The notes below the pieces were generated by a model. That model worked only from the letters and a program-made list of their open reading frames with translations, did not search any database and was not told where the DNA came from. From assembly GCA_049724395.1 (NCBI GenBank), contig JAUGWO010000013.1, forward strand, positions 62,001 through 126,000: a DNA stretch of 64,000 bases, given 5' to 3'. Position 1 is the first letter of the stretch. Every line of letters starts with the position of its first letter. This stretch comes from Spongospora subterranea f. sp. subterranea (taxonomy: Eukaryota). Made by a program: the position numbers and the translations under genes. Shown piece by piece: positions 14,071 to 28,156 of this stretch.

Positions 14071-14865
14071 ATGGCCGCTCTTCTTCTTGTCGTCGTCTCA
14101 TTAGTGCTTTCGTCACACGCCGACAAAATCGAATGGAGTTCCACTACGGTCGACGCCCGCCCTCACGTTAAAGCAATTCTTCCTGTGCAACGAGAAATTC
14201 TTCCACGTTGGCCAGTGGATTCACTTACAATCTCGATTGATGTGGCACGCTCACATTCTGGGATTGGACTGCAGCCCGTGTTGGTTCTAGATTTACTTCA
14301 TGACCCCGTATGCAGCGATCTGACAAAGAATGGAACCGCATATATTCCGATCACACAAAAGTTGCCGATTGCATCTGCAACGTTCGATATTCACAGCCGA
14401 AATCGGACGGTCATCAAAAGCGATCGCCTGACAAACTGGATCAAGGACATGTGCGTCGTAGTGCGCCCCCTTGGGTATGATATAGGAATGAGAGTGAGCG
14501 CCGATGCCTGGGCGAAACGTCTCAATGTGCAAGTTGGGGTTCACTTTGATGAGGCGGCACGACGCTACAATGCCATTATATTGGGCATCATTTCTACCGC
14601 GCTGACAATTGTCATGGCAGCGGTCATGCTGGATTGGCACCAGCGAAGGCAATTGCAACCGATGAAGGCAATTGCGATAGAAGGCTACTCTTCAAGCGAT
14701 TCGGACTCCGAAGATGACGATGATGATTATGAGTCAGAAGACAACGAGGGCGAAAGTGACGACGACAGTCAAATATCGACGGAGTTCGACAAAAATGACG
14801 ATTATGATTTGATCTCTATCAGTAGCCAAGAATCCGGTAGTTCGAAGCCTGTTCGTGTTATGTAG
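14071..14865 (+). CDS. Single-pass membrane protein with signal peptide and acidic tail, function unknown
   Basis: Intronless 264-aa ORF: signal-like N-terminus, TM segment AIILGIISTALTIVMAAVML, D/E/S-rich C-terminus. Confidence 0.8.
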   Translation: MAALLLVVVSLVLSSHADKIEWSSTTVDARPHVKAILPVQREILPRWPVDSLTISIDVARSHSGIGLQPVLVLDLLHDPVCSDLTKNGTAYIPITQKLPIASATFDIHSRNRTVIKSDRLTNWIKDMCVVVRPLGYDIGMRVSADAWAKRLNVQVGVHFDEAARRYNAIILGIISTALTIVMAAVMLDWHQRRQLQPMKAIAIEGYSSSDSDSEDDDDDYESEDNEGESDDDSQISTEFDKNDDYDLISISSQESGSSKPVRVM

Positions 14866-15001
14866 GGACAACACAATAAATTTTTCATCAGGAACGCATT
14901 GATACTCTGCTTTTTTCGACCAGTGATGTGTTGCCAGACAATACCGACAAGTATAACCTTATTCTGGGATACTGCCTAAATAGGTTTTATTATTATCTAA
15001 T

Positions 15002-17410
15002 CTAACAATTGGGAGAACCCCATGTCTTCATTGGCTTTTTCACCAAATCCTCCGCTGAAGATGACCTGCGATATTCATGTTCTGACTTTGACTTCGACGA
15101 TTTCTCGCCGACAGTTGTGGCAAACAGCGGATTTTTCTCTAGCTCATGGGCCAGCACCGAGCTATTTCGTCTGGCTAGCTGAACGCATTCATTTTGTACG
15201 CTCAACATAGCCATGGTCCTGGTTACACTGCTGCGTTGAACCATAACTCGCGAGACAAAATTCCTAATAAACTCTGCATCACGCGACTTGAGCAGCTCGA
15301 GCTGTTTTTCACAATCATTTTTGTTCTCCATCTGTTCTAATTCGCTTTTGCGAATTTCTGACCAATGCTCCCGGACTGATACCAGATTCCTGAGCATGAA
15401 TTCGAGCGAGTCAAACGCATCTGCAATGCAGGCGATTAACGGCCCTGCAATAAAATCTATGAAGTTTAGAGACATTTGTGCTTGTGAATCCCTTCTCCTG
15501 TCCATAAACGGCGATATTGGTAGCCGCATGCTACGTTCTTGATCGCCTTGAGCGAAAAACTCCTCAGTTACCAGATCAGACCATCGTTTTGCCAACGGCC
15601 ATTGCTTATATGTATTGTTGATATCAGCGCAATGCTGAAAAAAAAGTGTTATCGAAAGTGAAATCCTAAGCATTGCACGTACCAAAATGAGGTTGAGAGT
15701 CACCTTGACTTCTCTCTTTTGTGCTTCTTCTATGTTGGATTGTAGCGACGCAGACGATGAACGCGGTCCCGTAGCGTGTCTTTTATACATCTTCACACAT
15801 GTTATGTCAATTAGTGTTTTGAACCGATAAATTGAATGCAACCTTGATTTTCTCGAAATTCATATCGCCTTTAGCGACTAGATCGAAATGGAATTTCATA
15901 TCAGTTGCCATGATACAAGATAGTATAACTGATCTCATATCGGATTTGATATATGGCTTCATATCATCAAAGACTTGATTTGATGGATCTGAAATGATCT
16001 TATAGAGAGTTGCTGCGTGATGGTTTTCAAGTACTGATTGGTCGTTGTATAGCATGGCCAAAGGGGTCCCGGTATTCACCTGATACAGGATTAAGGTCGA
16101 CAAGACAAGAATGCTGTCTAAATTTAACCTGAAATGCATTATTTGTGCCAGGATGATCAATATCGTGACCGATAGCCGCCAGTAGTAGCCCTAATTTTTG
16201 CCAGGCAGACATAGTGGCATCGAGATCCGTCCGAAGTAGAATTATATGGCAGCTATGTAGAACGTCGACGCCATGTGAAAAGTTATGGAACGGATTGCAG
16301 GAACAATATTTTTGAGCAATGCTTTCCAGGAGCCCCAACATCAATGTTGGGTTGATCTGCAAAACGTTGAATTGAATGACTAAAACTTTGTTCTGTGGTT
16401 TGCCAATTTACGTTGTAAGGGCTAAGGACACCCGCGATGTCAAAAATCTGGAGCGATATTTGCACCAATTGTTGTTGATCATACTCCAGAACATCCAGTG
16501 ACTCAGAATTAATCAGCTTTTCACTAATTGTGTAAGCAATCGGTCGTGGGATAGAAGTAGATTCAACGCCAGCGGCCAGTGCATCAGCACGCAAGTCCCC
16601 CATGGTAAAAAGACCCGCGTGGCGGCCGAATTATCGATGCTCTCGTGAACTCGTTGGTCAACCATTTCTTAGTCTGTAAATCTAATCCACTATCGGCAAT
16701 TATTTCGTCGTTAACGTCATTATAAATTGTATGTCCTTGTTGTCGGAAGCGCATGATATGCATTAAAACTCTCTGTGCGATGGCGGAAAAATCTCCTTGA
16801 TTTGAGAGTTCACTCTTTTCGTCGATTCTACAAACAAAATTATCAGATGACCATCTTAGGCCCAATATAAACTTACTTGGATCGGTCCGAAGCGACAGCA
16901 AATTGCATTTCTTCAAATTCGTCAATATCCTTCATAACCTGCGCTATCAATTGATATGTCTCAGTCGAGGTCAAAGTTCGAATGTCCATAAGTTGCCATT
17001 CGGCCTGCTCTAAGCGTTCTCGGAGGATTTTTATTTCCTGATGGTCGACAGCATCACCGCCTAACAATGTGTTATACATTTCTAACAACAATGGTTTACT
17101 AGAACTAACCAAAGGTGCTTGGTACAACTGACACTGCTTTCAACAATGTCTCACGAAGCGATGGTCTTCGCTGCGAGTTTGCCTCACTCCCTAGGTTAGG
17201 CCCTTTAGATGACTGTTTCCTGGTTTCGTTGGCAGATTCCTTGACGGAAAAGTCGACATCTTTGAAAGCATCGTCCACATCAATCTTCTCGAACGACACA
17301 GTTTCGATCGGTTGCACTGCTACGTTATTGCTGTAATGATTTTGTAATGAGCTAGGTTGAAACTTATCATGCCTCCTTGGTATTGCAAAGCGAGACAAAT
17401 TTGCTCCCAT
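15002..17410 (-). CDS. Class I 3',5'-cyclic nucleotide phosphodiesterase, multi-exon, possible N-myristoylation (MG start)
   Basis: FHNFSHG, HDIDHPGTNNAF, LYNDQSVLENHH, ATDM, CADINN, EFFAQGDQE. Confidence 0.93.
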
Positions 17411-18016
17411 AGCGCATATGTATCAACAGCCCTAACTGAGGTTGAAGAAATTTCCTCAATTGTACCATGGTAATTTACAAGCGTACGAGCGATCCTGATA
17501 TCCCGGTCGGTCAATCGGTACGGTGGGGGCGATTCCGCGATGGCGCTCTTGGTTTAGTGGGATCATTACCATCATGATCTTTCCTATTCATTATCTGGGT
17601 TATGTAGTCGGCAATCCCAATCAGCGGCGACTTTCCGCCACAAATTTTCAGCTCTTCAACAAAACCAAAGAGTCTAATGAACCCTTTTATAATAATCGCA
17701 GTGATTTCTCCCGATCATCAATGTGACCAGTAGTGTACTGTACATGTAGAAAATGGGAAAGACAGCAGGAACTATGGCCCATTTGGTACTTCCAGTGCAC
17801 AAGCGCCGGTTAACGTGACACGCTGGACGGGCGCGACCCACCTCTTCCTCTTGTTGATCGATGAATTACTTGCTGGACTGGAAATAAATCACACTATTAG
17901 GAAGTGGTTCGTAAATCGTAAAGCAAACCTTGGGCAACAAACATCGAGGATCCCACAACTTGCGGCTTCTGCCGATTAACTGGGTCGATTTCTGGCCTCG
18001 GTACGCTGGAGGAACA

Positions 18017-19792
18017 ATGTGGTGGATGCTGAACCGACTGTATCGCGACATCGCATTTGTGAAGAACCGGGGTGCTTTTCGTCACGAGACGTCGACCGGA
18101 ACCCGACGGGTGTCGACCGAAGATGACGACGGACTGACTGGCGACTACTCCATTCGAATTCTGACTCTTAACGTTTGGGGTCTATATTTCTTATCTCATG
18201 TGGAAAAGCGTATCGACGCCATATGCAGGAAGCTGGACGGGTATGACGTCGTTGCTTTACAGGAGGTCGCTAACGTCATTCTAATGCACACCAGTTGAGT
18301 TCAAACACATTTTTCAGGTTTGGCACAGCCGGGAGCGAGATGTCCTCAGAGATGCAGCTAGGTCCTATGGAATGATTTACGCTCATTACTTTGCTTGTGG
18401 AGTTGGTGCCCCATTCTGGCCAGGTTAAAAAGAATGATTGCTTTACCAGCGGCTCGCCACTGATGCTGCTCTTTTCCAGGGTCGCATGGCACTGGTTTGC
18501 TGATCCTTTCGAAACTTCCAATAGATGATGTCATTTGGAAACGGTTTCTTGTTAATGGGAAACCGTACAAAGTATGTTGATTTTGTAACTTTTACCAAGA
18601 ACTTATTTTTTCTAGCTTCATCATTCGGATTATTTAGCTGGACGTGGTGTTGGACTTTTGCGATTATCGTCGCCTTGCGGTCCAATTGACTTTTATGTCA
18701 CTCATCTTCACGCTATGTATGCGCACACCCCAGAAGACGATGAATATCAAGCCCACAGAGTCGGACAGGCATTTGAGGCTGCTCAGTTTATAAGAGCTAC
18801 AGCTCGCGCGCTCCCTTGGTAACTCGCAACCCCAAACAAACTTCCAAACAAACTTGAGTTTACTTAGCAACACTTTGAATTAGGTGTTGGTCTTGGGAGA
18901 TTTTAACTGCTGGCCCAATTCCGTTCCCATGGATCTAATGCGCCAATTTGTCAGGTTGAAAGACGGTTGGGAGAACTGCAATGCTGGTGACGTTGTCTGA
19001 TCTCCACTTATCTACTTAACTATCGCCCTAATCAATCGACTTTAGGAGAAGCCTGGAGCTGGTTGTACTTTCGGCGCTTCTGATAATTGTTTTTCTTTCA
19101 AAAGCAATGTGCCTCCAGAGCGATTAGATTACATTCTGTACGTGATGTTATCCACACCGCACCGCCGGGCAGGAATCCGTTGGGCAATTCGGGAATGCTC
19201 AGTCGTAACAGATTTCATGGATGACTCTGAAAAAGGTCACTGTCACAATCCGATCCTGAAAGGGTTCCGAAATTAAGCAGATTGTTAGGTCAATTGCCGC
19301 TTAGCGATCATTGGGGCGTCCAGGCCGTGTTCACAGGAGCCAAATCTGATTCATCGCCCGAATTTTGGCAAATTGCCTGTGGATGTTTTGCAATGGCCTT
19401 TAGACGAGGTCAGTCAGATGGATTGGGGGCTAATGAAGAAGGCTGTCAACATTTGCATTTCTGGTCGAAAGGTGAAACTTGTGCAGAGTCATCTACTCAA
19501 ATGCTTATTGATTTACTGCCTTTAGGAGGCAGATTGTAGGCGGAGCAACCATCATAAACGCGCTGTATTTGCGTTACTTCTATTTCCGCTATTATGGGTT
19601 ATGGGAGTGGATATTCCTGATGTATTTTCATTCGCTCCGTTTCTTGTTTCGGGATATGCCTTCGTTGAGATGCTGTTGGCTCAAGGCGTAGTCACAGACG
19701 AGATCACCGCGTTCAGCGAGATTCTCCACCAGATGCGTCACCATTTGCGAGCCTCAGAACGTATTGGGTCCAGCCTTGATGTCGATTTGTGA
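18017..19792 (+). CDS. EEP-superfamily neutral sphingomyelinase/Isc1-like enzyme with C-terminal TM region (start uncertain)
   Basis: ILTLNVWG, VALQEV, THLHA, LGDFN, RLDYI, LSDHWGV. Confidence 0.85.
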
Positions 19793-20009
19793 ACCAAAAA
19801 ATAAATTACCTATGATATGCAATCAGCTTGCCCAAAACCAAGGTTTTTCAAGGCCGATGGCGATAAATTCAGAAAATGTGCCTATTAAGCTGCTCCGGAC
19901 AATGTCAAAAAGAATCGTCAGTGAATTGGAAAATCAAAGGAAACTCAAGAGGCTGCTATAGAAGATGAATGTTTATATAGAAGATGAATGTTTATAAGAA
20001 GACAATGAG

Positions 20010-21917
20010 TTACAGTACCGGATGCCCCCTGATTGGGGTATATCGCACGCCTTTCCGAATGTTACGTAACAGGGCAAAGGCAGCGAATACGACGGCAACC
20101 GGCAATAATACAACCCATAATTCAACATATGGGAAATTCAGATCTTGAGTGGCTGTCGGTGCAGCTTTAGATACAGGTTTCGCAGAAGACCCCGCCATAT
20201 TTAATGCCTCGTATATCACCGATCCTATCGCCCAGTCAACATTGACGCCATTCACGTCTCGCACGAACTTGATTTTTTCAAAAGGTTCTGCAAACCCCAG
20301 GCCACTAGTCAAGAGAGCATGCACATAAGCGGCATTGAAGCATCGTTTGGCAACATCTTGGGGAGATTCTTCGGTGAATTTCTTCACTAGCGTTGTGAGG
20401 TCCGTTTTACAGAAAGGTCGGGCAACATCATCAAGTTGGTGTGGCGTTGACGAAACCTGAAAGAAATCACTCGTGTGGAAAAAGTTCTCGATGGCGATAA
20501 AATCAACGCCGTCGGTACTGGGTTGATAGACCCCGTTAAAACTGCATGTCTCGGCCGGGCACTGTTGAGCTGTATTGAGTAGAGATGGCATCAGCGTTAG
20601 ACACTGGTCGAAATCTCCAGGAGCATTCGGCGCCGGCAGACACGGATTACGAGAAAACGGGCTCGTCGGAATAGAGGACTCTAACCGGTTTAGAGCCTGA
20701 TCCAAACCGAACCCAAGGAATGAATGGGTGTACAGCTGATATTCATGGGCGCCTAAATTTAATGGTGATATCCATTTCACATCAACCTGTAAGGTGTCCG
20801 TAAATATAAACCCGGAGTTGGGTTATGAAACAACTCGGCATGCTAAATCGATCTTCATTAAGTAAACTTAGCCAATTGGGAGCCGTGAAAGAACAAACGC
20901 ACAAAAACTGTGAAAAAAAAAGCATTTTACCGGTGTATCCAGTGACGGAATGAAAGACATTTGCACTGAAGCGCCTCCCATCTCAATGACACCAACCAAA
21001 CCTAGTTGGTGATTGGCTTGCGACGCTAATCGCTGCATGAGATAGTTAACCGCAATCCAACCGAACATGCCTTCTTCCTTTCCGCTGATTACTTTGGCCC
21101 ATTCCCTTCGGAACTGAAACGCCTATATTATTGTTTCAGATACTAAAAGATAATGGACAGACACTATTAAAACTGAACAGAATCCAAGCTCGAAGTTATA
21201 AGTTGGCATATAGACTGGGAAATACATAAGAAAGCAGCGTGATGCCTTACAGTGCGCTCAATGGCTTCGGCACATATGTCGAGAGTTTCTGAGGCGTGCG
21301 CTTGGGTGACAGATCGCAACCCAGCTGTCGCTTTCAGGAAAACGGGCGTTCGGCGCCATTGCGGACGAGGTACATTGTCGAGAGCGTGTTCGAGTAATTT
21401 CCGAATGGAATCTGCAGCAGCGGTGGTGTCCGTGAATGATGATAAACCAGGCTTGACTTTGTAGGTGAACCGTGACTAAACAAAATTGTTTTACATTCGA
21501 CATTGCGCTTTTCCCAAAAGTCCTCTATCGAACCGAATACGTTGCTGAAATTGGAAAGAAAAATGTATTACCGAAACTAAAAACGTATACATTTACGCTT
21601 GGATTAACGCCATGAAAATACGAAAGCTGATGATGACAATGCAAAGTAAGTGGCGCTTTACCTTGACCTCTGGAAGTACACTATCTGGATGTAGACTAAT
21701 GGTATGAACATGAATACGAGTTCCACTGCTTCCTCCATCTATTGTCACCATAAACCGCAAATCTTCAGGCCCCTGAACGAACAATGGCAACATTAGAATA
21801 CCACGGCAAAGGGAACTTCTGCACCATGTTGTGCACCTGTATTATGAACTGGGATTTATCATCTGCGGCACCGGCTAATGCAGTGATGAGCCATATTAGG
21901 CGGAACGACGACCGCAT
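20010..21917 (-). CDS. GDA1/CD39 apyrase (NTPDase) with signal peptide and C-terminal TM
   Basis: Apyrase conserved regions IDGGSSGTR, KATAGLR, EEGMFGWIAVNY, EMGGASVQ; also LYTHSFLGFG. Confidence 0.93.
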
Positions 21918-22899
21918 GGTGTTGGGAGGCACGGGGGAAAGGACAAGCGTGCTATTGAGCAACTCCACCTAAACCACCTTCGCCAGTGCGACTTGGATCG
22001 GAATGTCACGGGATCCGTGATCTCACGAAAAACCAGCTATTAGTTCAACAAAACCAGAAACAACGACTTTCAGAATTTGACTGGCTATTTATTCGATTAT
22101 GTCCTCAAGCCATAGTGATACAGCAGCATGTAAAGCAACCCAGTACCCACAGCGATTGTTACGCTACTGTACACATACTGTAAGTGTATGGTACACAACT
22201 GTTGTCCGTTGATCACCTCGCAGCCAATCCATTCAGTTGCGATCCCTCTTCGATATTCTCCCCTGCCTGAGATTCCCTGCCCCATTTTTAGATTGTTGCT
22301 CTTTTGTACAACTCTGTCGCCGAATACAAATCCTCCTCAAATCCTTACACTGTATGGAATATGAGCACACTGAAACAGGAGGAAACGGCTTTATCCTAAA
22401 CGATGAAGGGATGCCTGATGAAACAAAATAGCGGCGGGATCGAATGCCCAAGTGGGAAACTCGTTACTCGTATACAAAGCGCAGGGAAATAACACACAGT
22501 GTCCATATCTGATGAAGATGGTGCCAGGTATTGCTTGACCGACTTTGAGACCGTGACAAAACAGAAATCCGATAATAATGCAGAAAGTCACTAGAACTCC
22601 ACTCCTGCGGTGCGTGTCGAACTTCAGACGTCGATTCCTGAAGAAAAGATTTGAAGGGCTGTTCAAGCGGTGTCGACCTTGACCTTCCATCGGGGAAACT
22701 GAGTTGACCCCGATGAATGATGAGGACATAATTACTTGAATTTGTTGACCGGAATCTGCAATTTCGGGCGCCTGCGCTGAGATAGCTTCTCAACAAAATG
22801 AAGAATTCAGGAGCGAAAGGGTTTTCAACGACAATTTGTCCAAATCAATGCATTGTCTAGTAAATCTTTTTCTGATTAAAATAATGTTCGAATAGTAGC

Positions 22900-23612
22900 G
22901 ACTATCAGATGAACTATTGGTATCGTGATGCTCGGCGTGAACGCGTCCGGCCTCATCGGGTCTGAATGGTACATACCGAAGAGCAGTTCATCTGAATCTT
23001 GCGATTCAGTCTCAGATGGATATGCCGCAAGTCTCGTTTGAAGGTCGGACTGAGCAGGTCGATCATGTTCCGCCGGAAGATAAAGGCCAAGTGCAACGCA
23101 GAGACAGATGAGGGTATCCGATCGTCTTTCAGTTCCAAGTGCGAGATTGAGCCCCGTCGCCTATGGTACCAGTGTCCAGTTCTTGGAACTTGAATCGTCA
23201 AATGATAAAGGAGATCAAACTGGCGAGATCCAGCCATAATTGAACTGTTGCCTGACTCGAATTCTGTCACTGACACCGGATTTCCTCAATAAGAAGTCAG
23301 CGATTACACAGATGCTCGAAAAGAAGGGGCATATGGATCTGTTCCTGCCCAAGTTTCATTGCGAGCTCAACCCCATCGAGGTGTGCTGGGCATCAGCAAA
23401 ACACGACTGTTGCAAGGAGTGCGACTACAGTTTTCCTCTGTTGCGCCAACGGGTCCCGATCGCACTCGACGCAATCAAGATTGCCACGATCCGGCGTGTT
23501 TTTCCGATTGCATGATCGGTACTATGACATTTACCGAAAGGAATTAACAGGAAAGCAGGCGCAGTCCGCTGTAAAAACAATTCCGCTCACATCGACAAGC
23601 GGTCATCGCCGC
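22900..23612 (+). mobile_element. Degenerate IS630/Tc1-mariner-type DDE transposase remnant
   Basis: CCLTRILSLTPDF, FLPKFHCELNPIE.CWASAK and frameshifted C-terminus RYYDIYRKELTGKQAQSAVK..RSHR; no TIRs found. Confidence 0.85.
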
Positions 23613-23614
23613 AA

Positions 23615-25938
23615 TCACAAATGGGTGGAATGAGACCCAACGCATACAAAATATCTGAGAGCTGACGGACTTTTTGATTTGAAGACCACACAACTCAATG
23701 TAACTTCTGACTTCTCCAATCGATAGATCTGGTCGAGCCCGTCAACAAAAACATATTTGTTTTTCAATCCGATAAAAAATTGAGTGCATAGTAGCAATTT
23801 TAAGAATCTGGGGAATTCCAGAAATGGATTCTTTGCCGTTTATAGGTTCGTTAGGGCGCAACTTTTGAGAAATCCCACGATGCGACTATGCTGCCTGCAC
23901 TGTAGTCGAGGATTCTGTTCTCATCCAGGAAAACCAGGTTGAATAAGAAGTACCGACGTTAGGTTTTCGATCCAGAGACGTTGCCGTTTGATTCGCCTAT
24001 GATCAGATGAGGTGGGACCGGTTTCGCCATCTCTGAGTCAAGATTCGCCCTGAAATGTTCAACCCAAAATGAAAACCGTGAGCATCCCTAGGTTAGCGAA
24101 AAAGGAATATACTTAAACGATCTCTGCAGTTGGCTCAGTGTAATATCGCCGATATCGACGTTCATGACCTGGTCCAATTCCGCAATCGTCTTGGCCTAAA
24201 CATTGATAAAAGCAGTGTCAACTGATGAGAATTTCGTAAGTATTATGTAAAGCCGTTTGGATTTCGGCAATATATTTCAATAACTAGCTGTTAATCCGAA
24301 AGGGGTTTTACCTTGAAAATCGGTTCCCGTAACAAATCGATGATTATGATGACTATATCCTGTATGATATGCCATCCAAAGAGCATCGATTGATCCCAAA
24401 TGTAATCACAGCAGTCCTCATTAAGAAAGCCGACGAACCCGTGTTCAATCCATCTGTTGATGATGGCGCTAGAATCCAAACACATGGGAAGACCCTTGGC
24501 GCCACGTCCTGCAACCGATTCCAGCAGAGAGCGGGTGCAGATCCTTGTCAGATGCTCAGCCAATCCCGGGGATATTCGGCCCAGCGTCGCTGTCGCTGTA
24601 GCCAGGTTTCCATCCAATCGCCCTGGTTCCGTCAAACACACGAATCGCGTCACCAATTCCATCACCTCTGCGTTAGGGAACGCCTGTCAAACCCGGTCAA
24701 TTCCGGCAACGAGACCAAACAAAAAATGATGAGCCCTACTTTCACCATATTTAACAGGAGAACTGCATATCGAGCACCATACTATGAGCAAGTATTGATA
24801 AAAGTTCACTCACATAATTGAGAGGATTACCGACTTTCCCAGAATATAGATGAAATCTGTTCAAAACAGCAGCGCAAACTGAAAGTTGAGGTTTGACCTG
24901 CTCCATGAGACGAGCGCTTATAAAGCTGCGATCGGTGGAAGCGCTGGAGAAGATTCGTTCGATCAGCTGATTCAGATGAGAATGATCAGCATCGATCAAA
25001 TTACGCCTGCTAACGGTGTCCATGATCTGGGCGTTGATCTCGGCCATGTCGATTCCCGACAATAGGTTCAGATTCCAAACGAATTGTCGCAAGCGATTGC
25101 AGAAGAGAAGACCACCGAACTCACGAACTCGATATGTGAAATGAGGGACGCAATGGATTATATCAATCAGACCTATTCGCAGGAACTGTTCAGCTAACTC
25201 GATGATTCATCATAAAACCAACATGATTGAGGAACCAGTCGATCGGGGGCAAAAAAATATATCATAGACATTGGACAAAATCAAAGAGATAATGTGTTTG
25301 CATAAAATGATCAGTTGAACGTTGTGCAATTTGTTCCGCGTTTTGTGCTGCGACAGACAAATAAATGACAGCTGGATTTCAGTAAAAATCAATGCTTTGG
25401 CGGCACCTTCTGCGATTATATCGCTTGATATAGTCGCGGCTTGAGCGTTGGCATATTGAGTAACAGTACTGGCAATCACAGATTCGTATTTGGCCATGGC
25501 AAGGGATGAACGGGTCCTCGATAGCAAATCTAGTGCCCATTGCTGCAGATCGTGTCGGAGCCGGGCCAGTAAGGCGGCGCGCGTCGCGTCATTCATGAGC
25601 GGCTCGCGAAGCACCTCTGTCTGGTATTCGTAATCAGGCAAGTGCCGAGCAGCAAACTGTTCCCCGACCAGCTCGAGCAAACCCTGAAGCACCTTGCAAA
25701 GAATTTCAAATCTGGTGTTTCTTCAAATCCAACGAAGGGTTACTTGTGATCCTTCAACTCGACGGCCAACAATATATTTGGTGAGATGCTCATCGACGAT
25801 TGGATGTAGTTGCCCCCACCTGATATCCAACGTTAAACCAGCGATGATCTAAACATTTGCATTTTGACCCAACTCAGGTCGACTATAGATCGTTGCCTCC
25901 TGAGCCGACCTTATCCATGATAACGGCCGGACCATCAT
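23615..25938 (-). CDS. Hypothetical multi-exon protein with weak TBC/Rab-GAP-like C-terminal region
   Basis: Long helical-looking exons; RWIEHGFVGFLNEDCCDYIWDQSMLFGW resembles the TBC 'W..LF...IWD' segment. Confidence 0.55.
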
Positions 25939-26064
25939 TTTTACTGGTGTCTGTGACTGACAGATGGCGCTACACAAAGACTTTTTCAAAAAACCACAAA
26001 TTTTCGAATCAACACTGTTTATTGATTATTTCTCCGATCAGTAGAATCTGATTGGAAAAGTGGC

Positions 26065-26767
26065 TCATCGCTTCCTGGAGTTGACTAATGTAGCTAAACC
26101 TATTCCCGCGAATAAACAAACTGTTGGGATCATGGCAGTTGATGAGTAGTGACGGAATGATTTCCAGATCTTAGATCTGGGCGACTTCACCACAGTTTTA
26201 GTCACCGTGGTCGTGACAGTTGAGATGTCATCCTTATCGTTGACGTAGTTGTCCATGAAATCTAGCGCCAGAACCGCATCAGAAACTACAATTGAGTATC
26301 AATACACCGAATCTAAGAACGAGAAAAAACTGGCTGAGCAAGGTGAAACATTGGCTTTCAAAGTTGAGCCGTTAATTATTACTGGGTTTGATAATTCTGT
26401 CAACGACTGACAGATGGGCAGGATGTACGGTGTAGGTCTGAAGATCTGCTGCGGTGCGAAAGTGAACGACTAGACCATGAGTATATCCTGACCAACTACA
26501 TCAATCAACAATAATACAATCTCGGCGACCTGACGATTCGACCTTGGGTGCGTGGTTTGTACCCAGGATATATGAGATTGTCTTGGGGTCCGACTATATT
26601 TACTTCTTAATACTAGGCGATGACGAAAAACCAACGGCGATACCAGTAAGGCTAAGGATGCAAGGAATCTGGGTTTCCAGATCACGAAACGCCTTGTACA
26701 TGTCATCGATGGTTGTCACCGGGGCGTCTGGTTTCAGCCGAAGCAGGACAATATGGACGAGAGTCAT
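26065..26767 (-). CDS. Stress-responsive A/B barrel (Dabb) protein with C-terminal hydrophobic anchor
   Basis: VHIVLLRLKPD, GYTHGLVVHF...YTVHPAH, VLALDF; C-terminal MIPTVCLFAGIGLATLV followed by basic residues. Confidence 0.85.
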
Positions 26768-28084
26768 CTCGTGCGACCAACAATGGTCCGTGTTGCCGAC
26801 TAGAGTTGGCCAAAAACCAGCCGATTTACGTGACCACTCGTCTGTCATGTACATTGTCAAGAAACGAGGTCGAGAAATATGTGAACAGTGTGATAAGAAT
26901 TGACCAAGACTGTACTGTAAACGGGAAACTGTGATGGCCATTGTGATTTTGTATTTTGTCACTAACGCGTGGGCGCTCCCAGCTTCAGAAACAGTGTTAA
27001 CGTGCTGGGCAATATTCCGTTAACGTACGAGACGTTGATTGTTGTCTCGTCCCTAACCTGTTTACCGAGTTTTCGAGGTTGCTTTTTGTAGTTGGAGCAG
27101 CCTTAACATTGTTTGCGGTACAAGGATCACAGCTGAAATTCAAACGTCACTTTTCGATTCGCTTCATTTTCACCTATATATCCCACCGGAGACAAACGAT
27201 AAAAAATTGAAACGATTTGATTTGGAGTGGCTGGTGATTGTTGTTTGAAAAAGCAATTATTGGCAGAGACGGAGGGCATGTCGGTTTCCTGTAATGATGA
27301 GTTGATTATTCTCAATTAGCAATCATCTTTCGGATCTTGTAGAGTCATTTGACATTTGTAATATGGAATAAGAGGAATCATTTATGAATCTGGGTCTCTT
27401 ACTCTCTCCGCCATCTGTTCTCTGGTTGAGATGTCATCGGTGTCATAACTCTTATAAAGGAAGGGCAGGAGTAACCTCGAGCTCGATGCAGTTTGAATTA
27501 TTTGATTTGTTGTTCCCATTTGACACAACATTGATTTAGCAGGGCTTTACAGAAGTACAAGGCGTTGACTTACGGCACAGACTCTGTCGCTGTCCTGGAA
27601 TTTATTTGTAGACACAACTACGGCGAGTGCTTTCGGGGCCATGCCTGTTATTGCCTTTCACGTTGAACAGTGAATTCAATTCTTCAGAGTTCTATAAAAG
27701 AAGTTGAAAAATGTGTCATCGGTACTACCGCACGTACTGTACTTTGTTCTACCGACGCTATATCGATGACGTATTTTTTCATCTTCGATGCGAATTCGGA
27801 ATATCGTCTATGGGAATTGGGAACAATTGAATTCACTGCTCATCCTGACGGACAACCACATTGATGGCATCAAAATCACCTGCGGTGGGCCTAATTATTG
27901 AGGTCTTTGGCGCTTTGGAAGTAGTTATGTTTGCTTTCCCAAATAAGTTTCCCAGAGTCGGAAAACAACAACCAAAGAAATAACCGCAACGACGCGCCTG
28001 CAGAACAAAAAATCGCCAACTTCTACTTTACCAAAGAATGTTTCCTTTTACATTTGAATCACGCAAAATATCCCTCAATAACAA

Positions 28085-28156
28085 GCAGACATCATCTAGT
28101 TGGCAGGATACCAGCTTGTGGCGCTGATCACCTGAGTTCGAGTCTCAGTGTCTGCA
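28085..28156 (+). tRNA. tRNA-His (GTG)
   Basis: Acceptor stem GCAGACA/TGTCTGC, anticodon loop TTGTGGC, T-arm CTGAG-TTCGAGT-CTCAG, oligo-T terminator; G-1 not encoded. Confidence 0.93.

Noticed and set aside
16525..16615. Apparent frameshift in the PDE gene at a T5 run
   Set aside because: A GT..AG intron over this stretch restores the frame; a homopolymer error is also possible. No case for recoding.
22900..23612. IS630/Tc1 remnant as mobiliser of the long arms or the MITE
   Set aside because: It is frameshifted, and this superfamily makes TA duplications, which neither structure shows.
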